This document shows positions 14,629 through 22,958 of a stretch of DNA of 32,000 nucleotides, in pieces. How positions within the stretch are numbered: the stretch's first letter is position 1; each line of letters opens with the position of its first letter. Made by a program: the position numbers and the translations under genes. The DNA lies in contig NC_003551.1 of the NCBI RefSeq assembly GCF_000007185.1, forward strand, positions 1,530,001 through 1,562,000, read 5' to 3'. This DNA is from Methanopyrus kandleri AV19 (lineage in GTDB: Archaea > JAADCQ01 > Methanopyri > Methanopyrales > Methanopyraceae). The notes under the pieces were generated by a model that did no database searches, had not been told where the DNA came from, and saw only the letters and a program-made list of their open reading frames with translations.

Positions 14629-16113
14629 GACGGGTACGCCCCTCTTGGACTTCTCTTGTCTTTTGTTCCCCTCTGTTTCTGTTCCTCCGGACACGGTCTC
14701 ACGCTCGGTCTTGGATACTGATTCGTTCCCGTTCGGTTTCGTTATTTTTCCGTAAAACAGCTCCGGGTTCAGGTAGGCCTCGAGCGCCCGCATCGCGTAG
14801 GCCGTGGCCCATATCGACGCCGGTTCGTAGTGGGCCCCTTCGGTCGTGGACGTCACATCCCGAGCCGGCCACGGCCAGGCTCCGTACCACTCCGGGTGTT
14901 CGGTCCCACGGTACCGCTGGGATACGAGCCACTCGACGGTGGCGTGGAGGTTGTACTCCGGGTCCGTCACGAGATCCGAGAGCTTGCGCTTACCGCCTGG
15001 CGTCTCGATCTCCACGTCCGTCGCGACATCGAACCACAGCGCCTTCAGCAGCACGAGGCTCAGGACGTTCCCCGTGACGGTCGTCTCCGGCGATCCCTGC
15101 GCTTCTAGATAAGCCGACGAGTACGCCCAGGCGGGGCCCCGACCGTGACTTCCTTCCACCCACGTTACTCCGGCTTCCTCACCGTTGAAGAGCCACTCGA
15201 TGCCCCTGCGGATGGCGTTCAGGATCCGATCGCGGTCCACGTGGAGCCCGAGCCGGTCCGCCTTCAAGTAGACGTCTATCAGAGTCGACAGGATGTATGC
15301 CTGAGTGTCCGCCGAGTACTCTTGGCACATCAGCCCGGAGTACCAAGATCCGTCCGGGTTCTGACGCTCCAGCAGCCAGGAGACTCCCCGCTCGATGGCG
15401 CTTTTGATCCGATCCACCGCACTGTCGTCGAGGTTCAGCAGGTCACGGCGTTCCAACGCCATCAACAACGCCGCGACCGCCGCACGGGTGTGCCACGGAG
15501 CTCCTTCCCGGGCTTCCTCCCTCTTCCTACTCCAGCCACCGTCCTCCAGCTGTTGGTCCAGGAGCCAGGTCAGTCCCCTGCGTACGGCGCTCACGAGCTC
15601 CCCGTATTCCCCACCCGACTCGTGTCGCCGCTCGATCTCGTGGATCAGCAGCATGATCGCAACCGCGGTGTCGCTGGTTAAACTGCCCGAGTGGGTTATG
15701 CCCCTGTACGTCCACGCCTGTCCCCAGCCGCCGTCCTCGTTCTGGTTGTCGAGTACCCACCTGACGGCCTCCTCGGAAGCCTTAGACCACTCCGACGTCG
15801 GCGTCATCGCCGGCACACCGGCGGGCACCCTATCGGCTAGTAATCCAGCGCGCTCCGCGCTTTCCAGCGTGGGATACACCAGCGAGATCGCCTTCAGCTC
15901 GTATCCGAACGTCAGCTGAGGGTTCCACAAGTGAGCCGAAGCCAAGTAGGGACCGCCGCGATCCGTGGTGATGAACCACCATACGGTGCCCGCTTTCACG
16001 GCGTCCGCGCACTCCGTCTGGAGCTCCTTATACGGCTCCGTATTCTTCCAGTCCAGCGCCGTCGTCGGTGCGGCGGTTATCAGAACGGCTATCGTGGCGA
16101 CTAGGACGCGCAC
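14563..16113 (-). CDS. Secreted prenyltransferase / terpene-cyclase-like (alpha-alpha toroid repeat) protein
   Basis: Inner GTG 16113 of ORF 14563..16239, with GGGGGAG upstream, gives the signal-like N-terminus MRVLVATIAVLITAAPTTA. Repeats NQNEDGGWGQAW, QQLEDGGWSRK and RQNPDGSWYSG are spaced as in prenyltransferase/squalene-cyclase repeats. The C-terminus is a low-complexity charged tail. Confidence 0.7.
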   Translation of the reverse strand: MRVLVATIAVLITAAPTTALDWKNTEPYKELQTECADAVKAGTVWWFITTDRGGPYLASAHLWNPQLTFGYELKAISLVYPTLESAERAGLLADRVPAGVPAMTPTSEWSKASEEAVRWVLDNQNEDGGWGQAWTYRGITHSGSLTSDTAVAIMLLIHEIERRHESGGEYGELVSAVRRGLTWLLDQQLEDGGWSRKREEAREGAPWHTRAAVAALLMALERRDLLNLDDSAVDRIKSAIERGVSWLLERQNPDGSWYSGLMCQEYSADTQAYILSTLIDVYLKADRLGLHVDRDRILNAIRRGIEWLFNGEEAGVTWVEGSHGRGPAWAYSSAYLEAQGSPETTVTGNVLSLVLLKALWFDVATDVEIETPGGKRKLSDLVTDPEYNLHATVEWLVSQRYRGTEHPEWYGAWPWPARDVTSTTEGAHYEPASIWATAYAMRALEAYLNPELFYGKITKPNGNESVSKTERETVSGGTETEGNKRQEKSKRGVPVLLPAVPPVRRQRQRGGQYRHR

Positions 16114-16214
16114 GCGCTCGCTCCCCCAAACCTTTAATCTCGATGAACCGGACCGTAACGAACCTACAACGTACGGTAGATGAAGAAAATAAAAGTTGAG
16201 TCCGTATCGGCGCG
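16114..16214. promoter_or_regulatory. Shared 101-bp divergent promoter region between the toroid-repeat gene and the CobN-like gene
   Basis: Two AT-rich boxes: TTTAATCT (about 16133-16140; reads AGATTAAA on the minus strand) and GAAAATAAAAG (about 16184-16194). Each lies 20-30 bp from its respective start codon. Confidence 0.35.
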
Positions 16215-19200
16215 ATGGGGGCCGACACCTCCGTGGCACCGGTCTTGATCCTCGTCATGGTGTTCCTAGCGGTCTCGGTCCCCGCGCACTCGCTGGACAT
16301 TGTGATATTCGGGAACGCCGCGAAGGGATCACCCGAGGAGATCCGTGCTGTGGAGGAGCGTGTGAAGGAAGACCTGGGTGTGGACGTTCGAATTCACGTG
16401 CACAACGTGCTCGTCAGCTGGTCCGATCAGAGCGCTCCGGTGGACTTCGACTCGCTGGCCCACGACATCGAACGCTCCGAGATCGTCGCCCTAGACAACA
16501 TGGGACCCATGCCGACACCGTTTGCGATGGAGTTATCGGAGCGCGTCTTGGGTAAACCCGCCTCCTCGATGCAGGAGTTCCTCAGAGAGCTCGCGGAGAG
16601 GAAGCGGATAGTGGCCTACGTGACAGGCGACCAGCACGATTTCGTGATCTTAGGGTCCGGCTGCCGGCGTATAGTCGACGGTACCGCCGCGGTCGTTAAC
16701 TTGGGCTTCCTGTTCCGGTTTTCCTCGGATCTGACACCGGTCATAGAGTTCCTGGTGTGGCTCGCGGATCCGTCGGTACCGGCGGAGAGACTACACCTCT
16801 CCGACGTACGGATATCGTCCGCTGCCGTCTACGTGCCGGGCCGAGGTTGGGAGTTCCCCGAAGTATCTGGAGAAGCTCTCGAGATGTCGTACCACCGGTG
16901 GCTTCACGCGCTAGAGGGTCGGGATCGCACCACCGAACCACTCTGGACGAAGGTCCGCCTGAGCTCGATACCATCGTGGGTGAAAGCCATCCGGGAAGCA
17001 TCCTCGCAGTTCTTCCGGTCCCTGTGGCTCCCGAACCGACGCGTCGTGGTGGTGCTGGACTACATCGACGCACTATACAAGGGTGAGAGGGATCTCGTGG
17101 AGAAGCTCACCGATACCGTGTATCGGGAGGTCTCCCGGGAGTTCCAGGACGTGACGGCGATAGCCGTTCTGTGCGACGGGAACATGGTCTCGCCGATCGA
17201 GGCGCTGCTCGGGTTGAAAGACGCCGGATACGACATCGCGGCCGTGGTCTCCCTGTGGGCCTTCACGCTCGATTACCCCAAACCCGGTACTTGGGCACTC
17301 GAAGGAATCGACGCCCCGATCATCAAGGCAGTTTACCCGTTCTGGGCCAATTGGATGGACGAACCACAGCGCTACTTGAACATGAACGAGGGGGACCCGG
17401 AGTCCGGTCGCGTGGGCGCGCTCTTCGAGTGGGGTTACCAGGTGATCGGCGGGCCCGAACCCGAGGGTGCCTTCTGGTTCAAGATGATCGCGCTCAAGGA
17501 GCGCGACCAAATGATGGTGTTCCCGCTGGAGGACATGATCGAGGACGTGGCCCGGATGGTGGCGGGGTTCCTGAGGCTGCGGTACTTGCCCGAGTCGGAG
17601 AAACGGGTAGCGTTCGTGCTGTACTGTTACCCGCCGGGACGCGGTGAGATCGGCGCCTCTTACCTGGACGTGTTCCGGTCCCTGGTGAGGATATTCGAGG
17701 CGTTGGCGGAACGGGGCTACGATCTTGGCCCCGCGACCTCCCTGTACCGGAAGTTGGCGGAGCTCCGACGGGAAGACCCGAAAGCCGCTGAAGAGATGGA
17801 GAAACGTCTCGCGCACGCTTTGATGGCGGCGTCCGATCTCGTACTGAAGAACGTGGGTCCGTGGGCTAAGGGTGAGCTAGCCGGGATGGTGCGGCTGTAC
17901 CGAGGCGGGCGGGCCGAGGTGAGCGTCGACTGGAACGGGAAGTCGATGAAGGTGATCGTGGACCACGGTGTGCTCCGGTGGATCGACGTGGACGGCTCGT
18001 CGTACGTGCTCGGGACCGTGAGCGAGGATCAACTAGTCCCGGTGGAGGCGCTGGAACGCTGGTACCGGGAGGATGTGGTGCGGAGGTTCGAGTATTACCT
18101 CTCGCTGCTGACCGGTGACGATCCGGAGACCGAGCGGGCTCGGAAGTCCCTGATGGAGTGGATGCGGGCGATCGAGGAGAAGTTCGGACCGCCCACGGAC
18201 AACCGCGGGATCATGAGGTACGGCCTGTATTATGTCATCCCGGCCCTGCGACTGGGCAACGTGGTCGTGATGCTTCAGCCGGTACGTGGTTGGTCCGGAA
18301 GCCCCGAGCTGGTCTACCACTCCCCGGACCTACCCCCGCAATGGCAGTACGTCGCCGCGTACGAATGGTTGCGCAGGGTCTTCCGGGCGGACGCCGTGGT
18401 CCACGTGGGTACGCACGGAACCCTCGAGTGGCTGCCGGGTCATCAGGTCGGTCTTCTGGGCGTGGACTGGCCGCACGTGCTGCTGCCCGACGTGCCCCAT
18501 GTGTACCTTTACATCGTCAGCAACCCGGGCGAAGCGATGGTCGCCAAGTACCGCTCCGGTCCGATCCTCCTCACGCACTTGTCGCCGCCGTGGGGCTACT
18601 TCAAGGACCTGGGTAAGTACGGGGAGCTGGAGCGTGAGCTCACGAGGTACTTCCAGATGAAGAGCTTCGGAGGAGACCCTCACGTGCTGGAGGAGCTGAG
18701 GCGGCGGATCGTCGAGACGGCGGAGCGTCTGGGACTGCTGAAGGACGTCGTCAACATGATATTCGCGGAGCGGAAGGAACCGCCGCCCGAGAACCCGAAG
18801 GAGTGGGCGATGGATCATATCGAGGAGTTCATAGACAAGCTCCACGATTTCCTACTGGACCTCGCGTTGAGGAACGTCGCGTACGGCCTGCACGTATACG
18901 GTGAGGACGTAGACGAGGACGTGGCCGTAGAGCAGGCCGCGGCGCTCGCGTCCTCCCGTGTCGCCCCGGTGTTCGCGTACTACGCCGGGCTGATCGACTC
19001 ACCGGACCAGGAGGCGCTGAACCGGCTGCAGTCCGATAGACCCGACATATTCGCGTGGTTCAAGCGCGAACTCCGGGAGTGTCTGAGGGATATCCTGCGG
19101 ACCGTTCTAAAGTACCCCGATTTAACCTCTCAGCTGGAACGTTACGTGGAACTGAAAGATCGGGAAGAATACTACGGCGAACCACCCGACGGCGTCGAAG

Positions 19201-21530
19201 GTCCGGGAAGGGAGGCGAAACGCCTGTTCTGGCAGGTATCCGATAGGCTCACGATCTTGGCGCAGGAGGCCATCCTGAGGTATTTCCACGGCCGGCGGAA
19301 TGACCCTGACCACGAGCACCTCCTCGCCGAGGCCGTGGCCGACCTGTACAGGATCTACGTACACTACCGCGACTCGGGCCGGACCGAGCTGGAGGAACTG
19401 CTCGCCGCCCTCGACGGCAGGTTCGTCCCGCCGGGACTACTGGGCGAGCCGATGTGGAACACGAAGGTCCTACCCACCGGACGGGACGGCTACCCGATAG
19501 ACCCCTCCCAAATGCCCACGCCGGAGGCGTGGGACGTCGCACGCAAGCTAGTCGATCAGATGCTCGCGGACTACTACCTAAGACACGGTAGGTGGCCGGA
19601 GGCCGTGGGCGTGGTCCTATGGGGTATTCACGAACTCTGCACCGGCGGTCTAGGCATCGCGGAGGTCCTGTACCTGCTGGGCGTGAGACCCGTGTGGAAC
19701 CCGGACACCGGGCAGGTCACCGGGGTCGAGCTGATCCCGCTGGACGAGCTGAAGGTGAAGGTCGGTAACCGGTGGATCAACCGACCGAGGATCGACGTGG
19801 TGGTGTGGGCCGCCCTGCACATGGAGGACCCGCTGAAGCTACTGACTGAGGCTTACTATCTGGTCTCCCATGTGGACGAACCCACCGACGTGAACTACCG
19901 TCGGAAGCATTATCTGGAGCTGAAGCCGCGGTTAGTGAAGGAACTTGAGAAGAGCGGGATGTCACCCGAAGATGCCGAGAAAGAGGCCGACGTGATCGCG
20001 TCCTCGGGGTTCTTCGCGCAACCACCCGGGGTCTACGCGGGTACCGGGGCTTGCGACATCGTGGAGCACGCCTGGACCGACGTCTCGGGCACGGTCGGGC
20101 TCTTCGAGGACCCCGAGACGGCGCTGAAGAACTTCGAGCAGAGATTTTGGGAGAAGTTCAGGATCACCTGTGAGAGCCGGATGGCGTACGTCTACACGGC
20201 CGAGGCCCGGATCCTGACGATCCGAGAGGGGAACAAGGTCAGGGTCGTCGTGCTGAGGACGAGCACGGACCGCGTCTACCACGCGATCCCGTCGGTCGAG
20301 GCGTTCCGGTACCTGATGTCCAAGGTCGACGTCGTGGTTCACAGCGTCGTGAACACGTGGGGATTGATCGACACGGACGACTTCTACGACTGGGTCGGTG
20401 GGATGGCACTGTATGCGACGCACGCCGCGGGCCACGCGCCGGAAGTGTACATCGGGAACGCCGTCGATCCGACCGCCGCAAGGACGTTGACGGGTTACCA
20501 GCAGCTGGTGGGTGAGGTCTACACGAAGCTACTCAGCGAGTCCTGGTGGAAGGCCATGCTGGAGCACGGTGACTACGGCTGGTCCCGGATCGTCAGGAGG
20601 ATCGAGTTCCTGGCCGGGTGGGGGATCACGGTCCCGTCACTGCGTCCCTACCTGAACTCCGTGTACACCGAGGTGTTCAAGGCTGTGGTACAGTGGATCA
20701 GCCAGGCGCCTCCCCGCACCGAGTACGGGTGGGCGGCCGTGGTGAGCACGATCGCGTGGTTCGTGGAGCTCGCTCGGACGGGTGTGTGGAAGCCGGACTC
20801 GAAGACGCTGGCACAGGCCGCGAAGGTCCTACTGGAGACGATGGCCAAACACGGGCCCGCGACGTGTCACCACACCAGTCCCAACCCGGCGTTAGTGGTG
20901 TACGCCGCTCGGGTCCTCCTGGAGGCCGGTTACTCCTACTCCGAGGTCAAGCGGCTCCTGTCCAAGGTGATGAAGTGGTACGCCAAGCTGGACAACCCGG
21001 AGATCGTCCGGGAGATCGAGAGGTTAACGAACCTGGTGATGACCAGGGCGGCGAGTGAGAGGTCGGCCAGGGCCGCCACGGCGTCCCGTTCGGCGGCGAC
21101 CTCGTCATCGGCGTACACCGGCGTTACTGTCTCCCGGACGGTTTCGTCGTTCACCGGACCGGGACTGCCCGGAGGGAGGGGAAGTGCTCAGGTCGTAGTG
21201 GGGTTGTTGGGATCGGTGTTACGGGGTGTTGCACGCGGAACGGTGCTCCCGGAGATCGGATACTGGACGGGTCCCTCGAGATACACCGGTCACGCGAAGG
21301 CAGGTTCGAGGGTCGGGAAGACCGAGCGCAGTACCGAACGCGAGTCGAAGGCGACGCAGACGTTCACCAGGACCTCCCCGCCCTCCTCGGCCCCTAAGAT
21401 GATCTGGGAATGGGTCGCCGCCCTGCTCCTGACACTACTGTTCCTCCTGGTGTGGAGGATCCGACCGACGGGTCCCAGACCGCGGGCTACGTGGGTTACG
21501 CCAGCAACCGTTCCGCCAGTCGCCGCGTGA
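16215..21530 (+). CDS. CobN/ChlH-family chelatase-like protein, 1771 aa, with N-terminal hydrophobic leader and C-terminal membrane anchor
   Basis: CobN core motifs: ADAVVHVGTHGTLEWLPGHQVGL, LYIVSNPGEAMVAKYRSGPILLTHLSPP, LPTGRDGYPIDP, VVLWGIHELCTGG and the C-terminal WWKAMLEHGDYGW. N-terminus MGADTSVAPVLILVMVFLAVSVPAHS. An S/T/A-rich linker (..AATASRSAATSSSAYTGVTVSRTVSS..) precedes the TM segment WEWVAALLLTLLFLLVW. Confidence 0.85.
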   Translation: MGADTSVAPVLILVMVFLAVSVPAHSLDIVIFGNAAKGSPEEIRAVEERVKEDLGVDVRIHVHNVLVSWSDQSAPVDFDSLAHDIERSEIVALDNMGPMPTPFAMELSERVLGKPASSMQEFLRELAERKRIVAYVTGDQHDFVILGSGCRRIVDGTAAVVNLGFLFRFSSDLTPVIEFLVWLADPSVPAERLHLSDVRISSAAVYVPGRGWEFPEVSGEALEMSYHRWLHALEGRDRTTEPLWTKVRLSSIPSWVKAIREASSQFFRSLWLPNRRVVVVLDYIDALYKGERDLVEKLTDTVYREVSREFQDVTAIAVLCDGNMVSPIEALLGLKDAGYDIAAVVSLWAFTLDYPKPGTWALEGIDAPIIKAVYPFWANWMDEPQRYLNMNEGDPESGRVGALFEWGYQVIGGPEPEGAFWFKMIALKERDQMMVFPLEDMIEDVARMVAGFLRLRYLPESEKRVAFVLYCYPPGRGEIGASYLDVFRSLVRIFEALAERGYDLGPATSLYRKLAELRREDPKAAEEMEKRLAHALMAASDLVLKNVGPWAKGELAGMVRLYRGGRAEVSVDWNGKSMKVIVDHGVLRWIDVDGSSYVLGTVSEDQLVPVEALERWYREDVVRRFEYYLSLLTGDDPETERARKSLMEWMRAIEEKFGPPTDNRGIMRYGLYYVIPALRLGNVVVMLQPVRGWSGSPELVYHSPDLPPQWQYVAAYEWLRRVFRADAVVHVGTHGTLEWLPGHQVGLLGVDWPHVLLPDVPHVYLYIVSNPGEAMVAKYRSGPILLTHLSPPWGYFKDLGKYGELERELTRYFQMKSFGGDPHVLEELRRRIVETAERLGLLKDVVNMIFAERKEPPPENPKEWAMDHIEEFIDKLHDFLLDLALRNVAYGLHVYGEDVDEDVAVEQAAALASSRVAPVFAYYAGLIDSPDQEALNRLQSDRPDIFAWFKRELRECLRDILRTVLKYPDLTSQLERYVELKDREEYYGEPPDGVEGPGREAKRLFWQVSDRLTILAQEAILRYFHGRRNDPDHEHLLAEAVADLYRIYVHYRDSGRTELEELLAALDGRFVPPGLLGEPMWNTKVLPTGRDGYPIDPSQMPTPEAWDVARKLVDQMLADYYLRHGRWPEAVGVVLWGIHELCTGGLGIAEVLYLLGVRPVWNPDTGQVTGVELIPLDELKVKVGNRWINRPRIDVVVWAALHMEDPLKLLTEAYYLVSHVDEPTDVNYRRKHYLELKPRLVKELEKSGMSPEDAEKEADVIASSGFFAQPPGVYAGTGACDIVEHAWTDVSGTVGLFEDPETALKNFEQRFWEKFRITCESRMAYVYTAEARILTIREGNKVRVVVLRTSTDRVYHAIPSVEAFRYLMSKVDVVVHSVVNTWGLIDTDDFYDWVGGMALYATHAAGHAPEVYIGNAVDPTAARTLTGYQQLVGEVYTKLLSESWWKAMLEHGDYGWSRIVRRIEFLAGWGITVPSLRPYLNSVYTEVFKAVVQWISQAPPRTEYGWAAVVSTIAWFVELARTGVWKPDSKTLAQAAKVLLETMAKHGPATCHHTSPNPALVVYAARVLLEAGYSYSEVKRLLSKVMKWYAKLDNPEIVREIERLTNLVMTRAASERSARAATASRSAATSSSAYTGVTVSRTVSSFTGPGLPGGRGSAQVVVGLLGSVLRGVARGTVLPEIGYWTGPSRYTGHAKAGSRVGKTERSTERESKATQTFTRTSPPSSAPKMIWEWVAALLLTLLFLLVWRIRPTGPRPRATWVTPATVPPVAA

Positions 21531-22785
21531 CCTCGCGGACCTCGGACTCCGGTACCACGACGCTCACCGCTACGACCCCATGTGCGCTACCTAGCAGGTC
21601 GAACCCCTCGCAGGCTGCCAAGAACGTGGACACGTCCCGGGCCGACATCCCTTCGCCCACCACCGTGACCAAGCCCACGTCCTTGTCGACCTCCCAGTCG
21701 TAGTCCAGGCCGTTCAGGGCTTCCTCCGCGCTCCTCAGGGCGGTCTCCTCTACCAGGAGGTTGATGTAAGGCTCCGAGACCGTCGTGAACACCGCGAGGA
21801 GGTTCACGCCGGCGTTCCCCAGCGCGGAGGTCACCCTACCCACCACTCCGGGCTCGTCCACCATTTTGGCACCGCTCACCCTAATCAGCGCGACGTCGTC
21901 CCGGGACGCCACTACCTTAGGGCCGGGCTCCGTACTGTCGGATATCACGGTCCCTATTTCCCCGGTGAACGAGTTCCCGATCAGGACTGTCACTCCGAGG
22001 TTCTTAGCGGCCTCCACGGCCTTAGGGTGGATCACCCCCGCCCCCGATGCACCGGCCATCATAGCTTCCTCGTACGACAGCCGCTCGACGACCTCCGCGT
22101 CCGCCAGTTCCGGGTCGGTGGTCATGATGCCGTCGACGTCCGTCCATATTACTGACCGCGAACCCAACACCCCGGCCAGGACGGTGGCCGTGTAGTCGGA
22201 GCCCCCTCGTCCCAGCGTGGTCACGTGGCCGCGGTCTGACCTCCCGATGAACCCCGTGACGACCGGAACGCGACCCGAGCGGAGGTCTCGTAGGAGTCTC
22301 GAGCGCGTTCCGTCCCATCCGACGATGTCGGCGTTTCCGGGGTCGTCGGTGGTGACCAGTCCCACGTCCCAGGCGTCGTACGCCATCGCCTTGATACCCC
22401 GCTCCTTCAGGTACGCCGCCACGATGCGGGCGGACGCGCGCTCTCCGAGGGACAGAACCAAGTCGCGGAGGCGCTCTTCGGGTCTGCCAAGTTGCTCGAG
22501 AACCGTGGCGACACCGTGGAGGAGTGTCTCCATGTCTTTCAGGAACGATTCTACCTCCTCGTGCCGCTGTTCCAGATGTTCCGTGATGAACTCCCTGTGA
22601 CGCTCTAGTATGGGGGTCGGGTCGGCGGAACCTTCGGCGGCGCGTCGAACGAAGTCCTCCAGTGCATCTGTGACGCCGGCTAGGGCCGAGACCACGATCA
22701 CGTGGCCGGAAGCCGCGGAAGCTTCGAGGGTCCGAAGTCCCTCCTCAGAGGCTACCGACGTGCCTCCGAACTTGTGAACCTCCAA
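21496..22785 (-). CDS. lysC: Aspartate kinase
   Basis: Motifs KFGGTSV and VVVSALAGVTDAL, with C-terminal ACT-like repeats. Start set to TTG 22785 (GAGGGG 8 nt upstream), giving MEVHKFGGTSV. The 50 upstream codons of ORF 21496..22935 run through the tRNA-Ser gene. Confidence 0.88.
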   Translation of the reverse strand: MEVHKFGGTSVASEEGLRTLEASAASGHVIVVSALAGVTDALEDFVRRAAEGSADPTPILERHREFITEHLEQRHEEVESFLKDMETLLHGVATVLEQLGRPEERLRDLVLSLGERASARIVAAYLKERGIKAMAYDAWDVGLVTTDDPGNADIVGWDGTRSRLLRDLRSGRVPVVTGFIGRSDRGHVTTLGRGGSDYTATVLAGVLGSRSVIWTDVDGIMTTDPELADAEVVERLSYEEAMMAGASGAGVIHPKAVEAAKNLGVTVLIGNSFTGEIGTVISDSTEPGPKVVASRDDVALIRVSGAKMVDEPGVVGRVTSALGNAGVNLLAVFTTVSEPYINLLVEETALRSAEEALNGLDYDWEVDKDVGLVTVVGEGMSARDVSTFLAACEGFDLLGSAHGVVAVSVVVPESEVREVTRRLAERLLA

Positions 22786-22798
22786 GCTCGGTCCCCTC

Positions 22799-22820
22799 TT
22801 CGTTATGGGATTCGTAACGA
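22799..22820 (-). repeat. Interrupted palindrome TCGTTA-N9-TAACGAA, copy 2 of 3
   Basis: The minus strand reads CCA-aacccagaa-TCGTTA-cgaatccca-TAACGAA-ga-GGGGACCG-agc-TTG(lysC). It starts exactly 9 nt after the tRNA-Ser CCA end. Confidence 0.6.
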
Positions 22821-22829
22821 TTCTGGGTT

Positions 22830-22920
22830 TGGCGCCGGGGCCGGGATTTGAACCCGGGCGGCCCATACGGGCCACGGGATCTCCAATCCCGCGCCTTGGA
22901 CCGGGCTCGGCCGCCCCGGC
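22830..22920 (-). tRNA. tRNA-Ser (anticodon GGA), class II, CCA encoded
   Basis: Folded by hand. Acceptor GCCGGGG/CCCCGGC. C8. 3-bp D stem GCC/GGC. Anticodon stem CGGGA/TCCCG with loop TTGGAGA. 17-nt variable arm (GGCCC-gtat-GGGCC). T arm CCGGG-TTCAAAT-CCCGG. Discriminator G73, then CCA. Confidence 0.92.
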
Positions 22921-22946
22921 GCATCCAGACGGCACAAAACCGTTGC

Positions 22947-22958
22947 CTGAATAAAGTT
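22947..22958 (-). promoter_or_regulatory. TATA-like box for tRNA-Ser
   Basis: The minus strand reads AACTTTATTCAG about 30 nt upstream of the mature tRNA 5' end. It abuts the stop codon of the upstream ATPase gene. Confidence 0.4.

Noticed and set aside
22830-22920. The class II tRNA with a long variable arm near a selenoprotein operon could be tRNA-Sec
   Set aside because: The anticodon is GGA, not TCA. The acceptor stem is the standard 7 bp. G73 and a 3-bp D stem fit tRNA-Ser.
22786-22935. N-terminal 50 codons of ORF 21496..22935 (aspartate kinase extension)
   Set aside because: This stretch runs straight through a well-folding tRNA-Ser gene. Homologues start at the KFGGTSV region, and a TTG with a good RBS is available at 22785.
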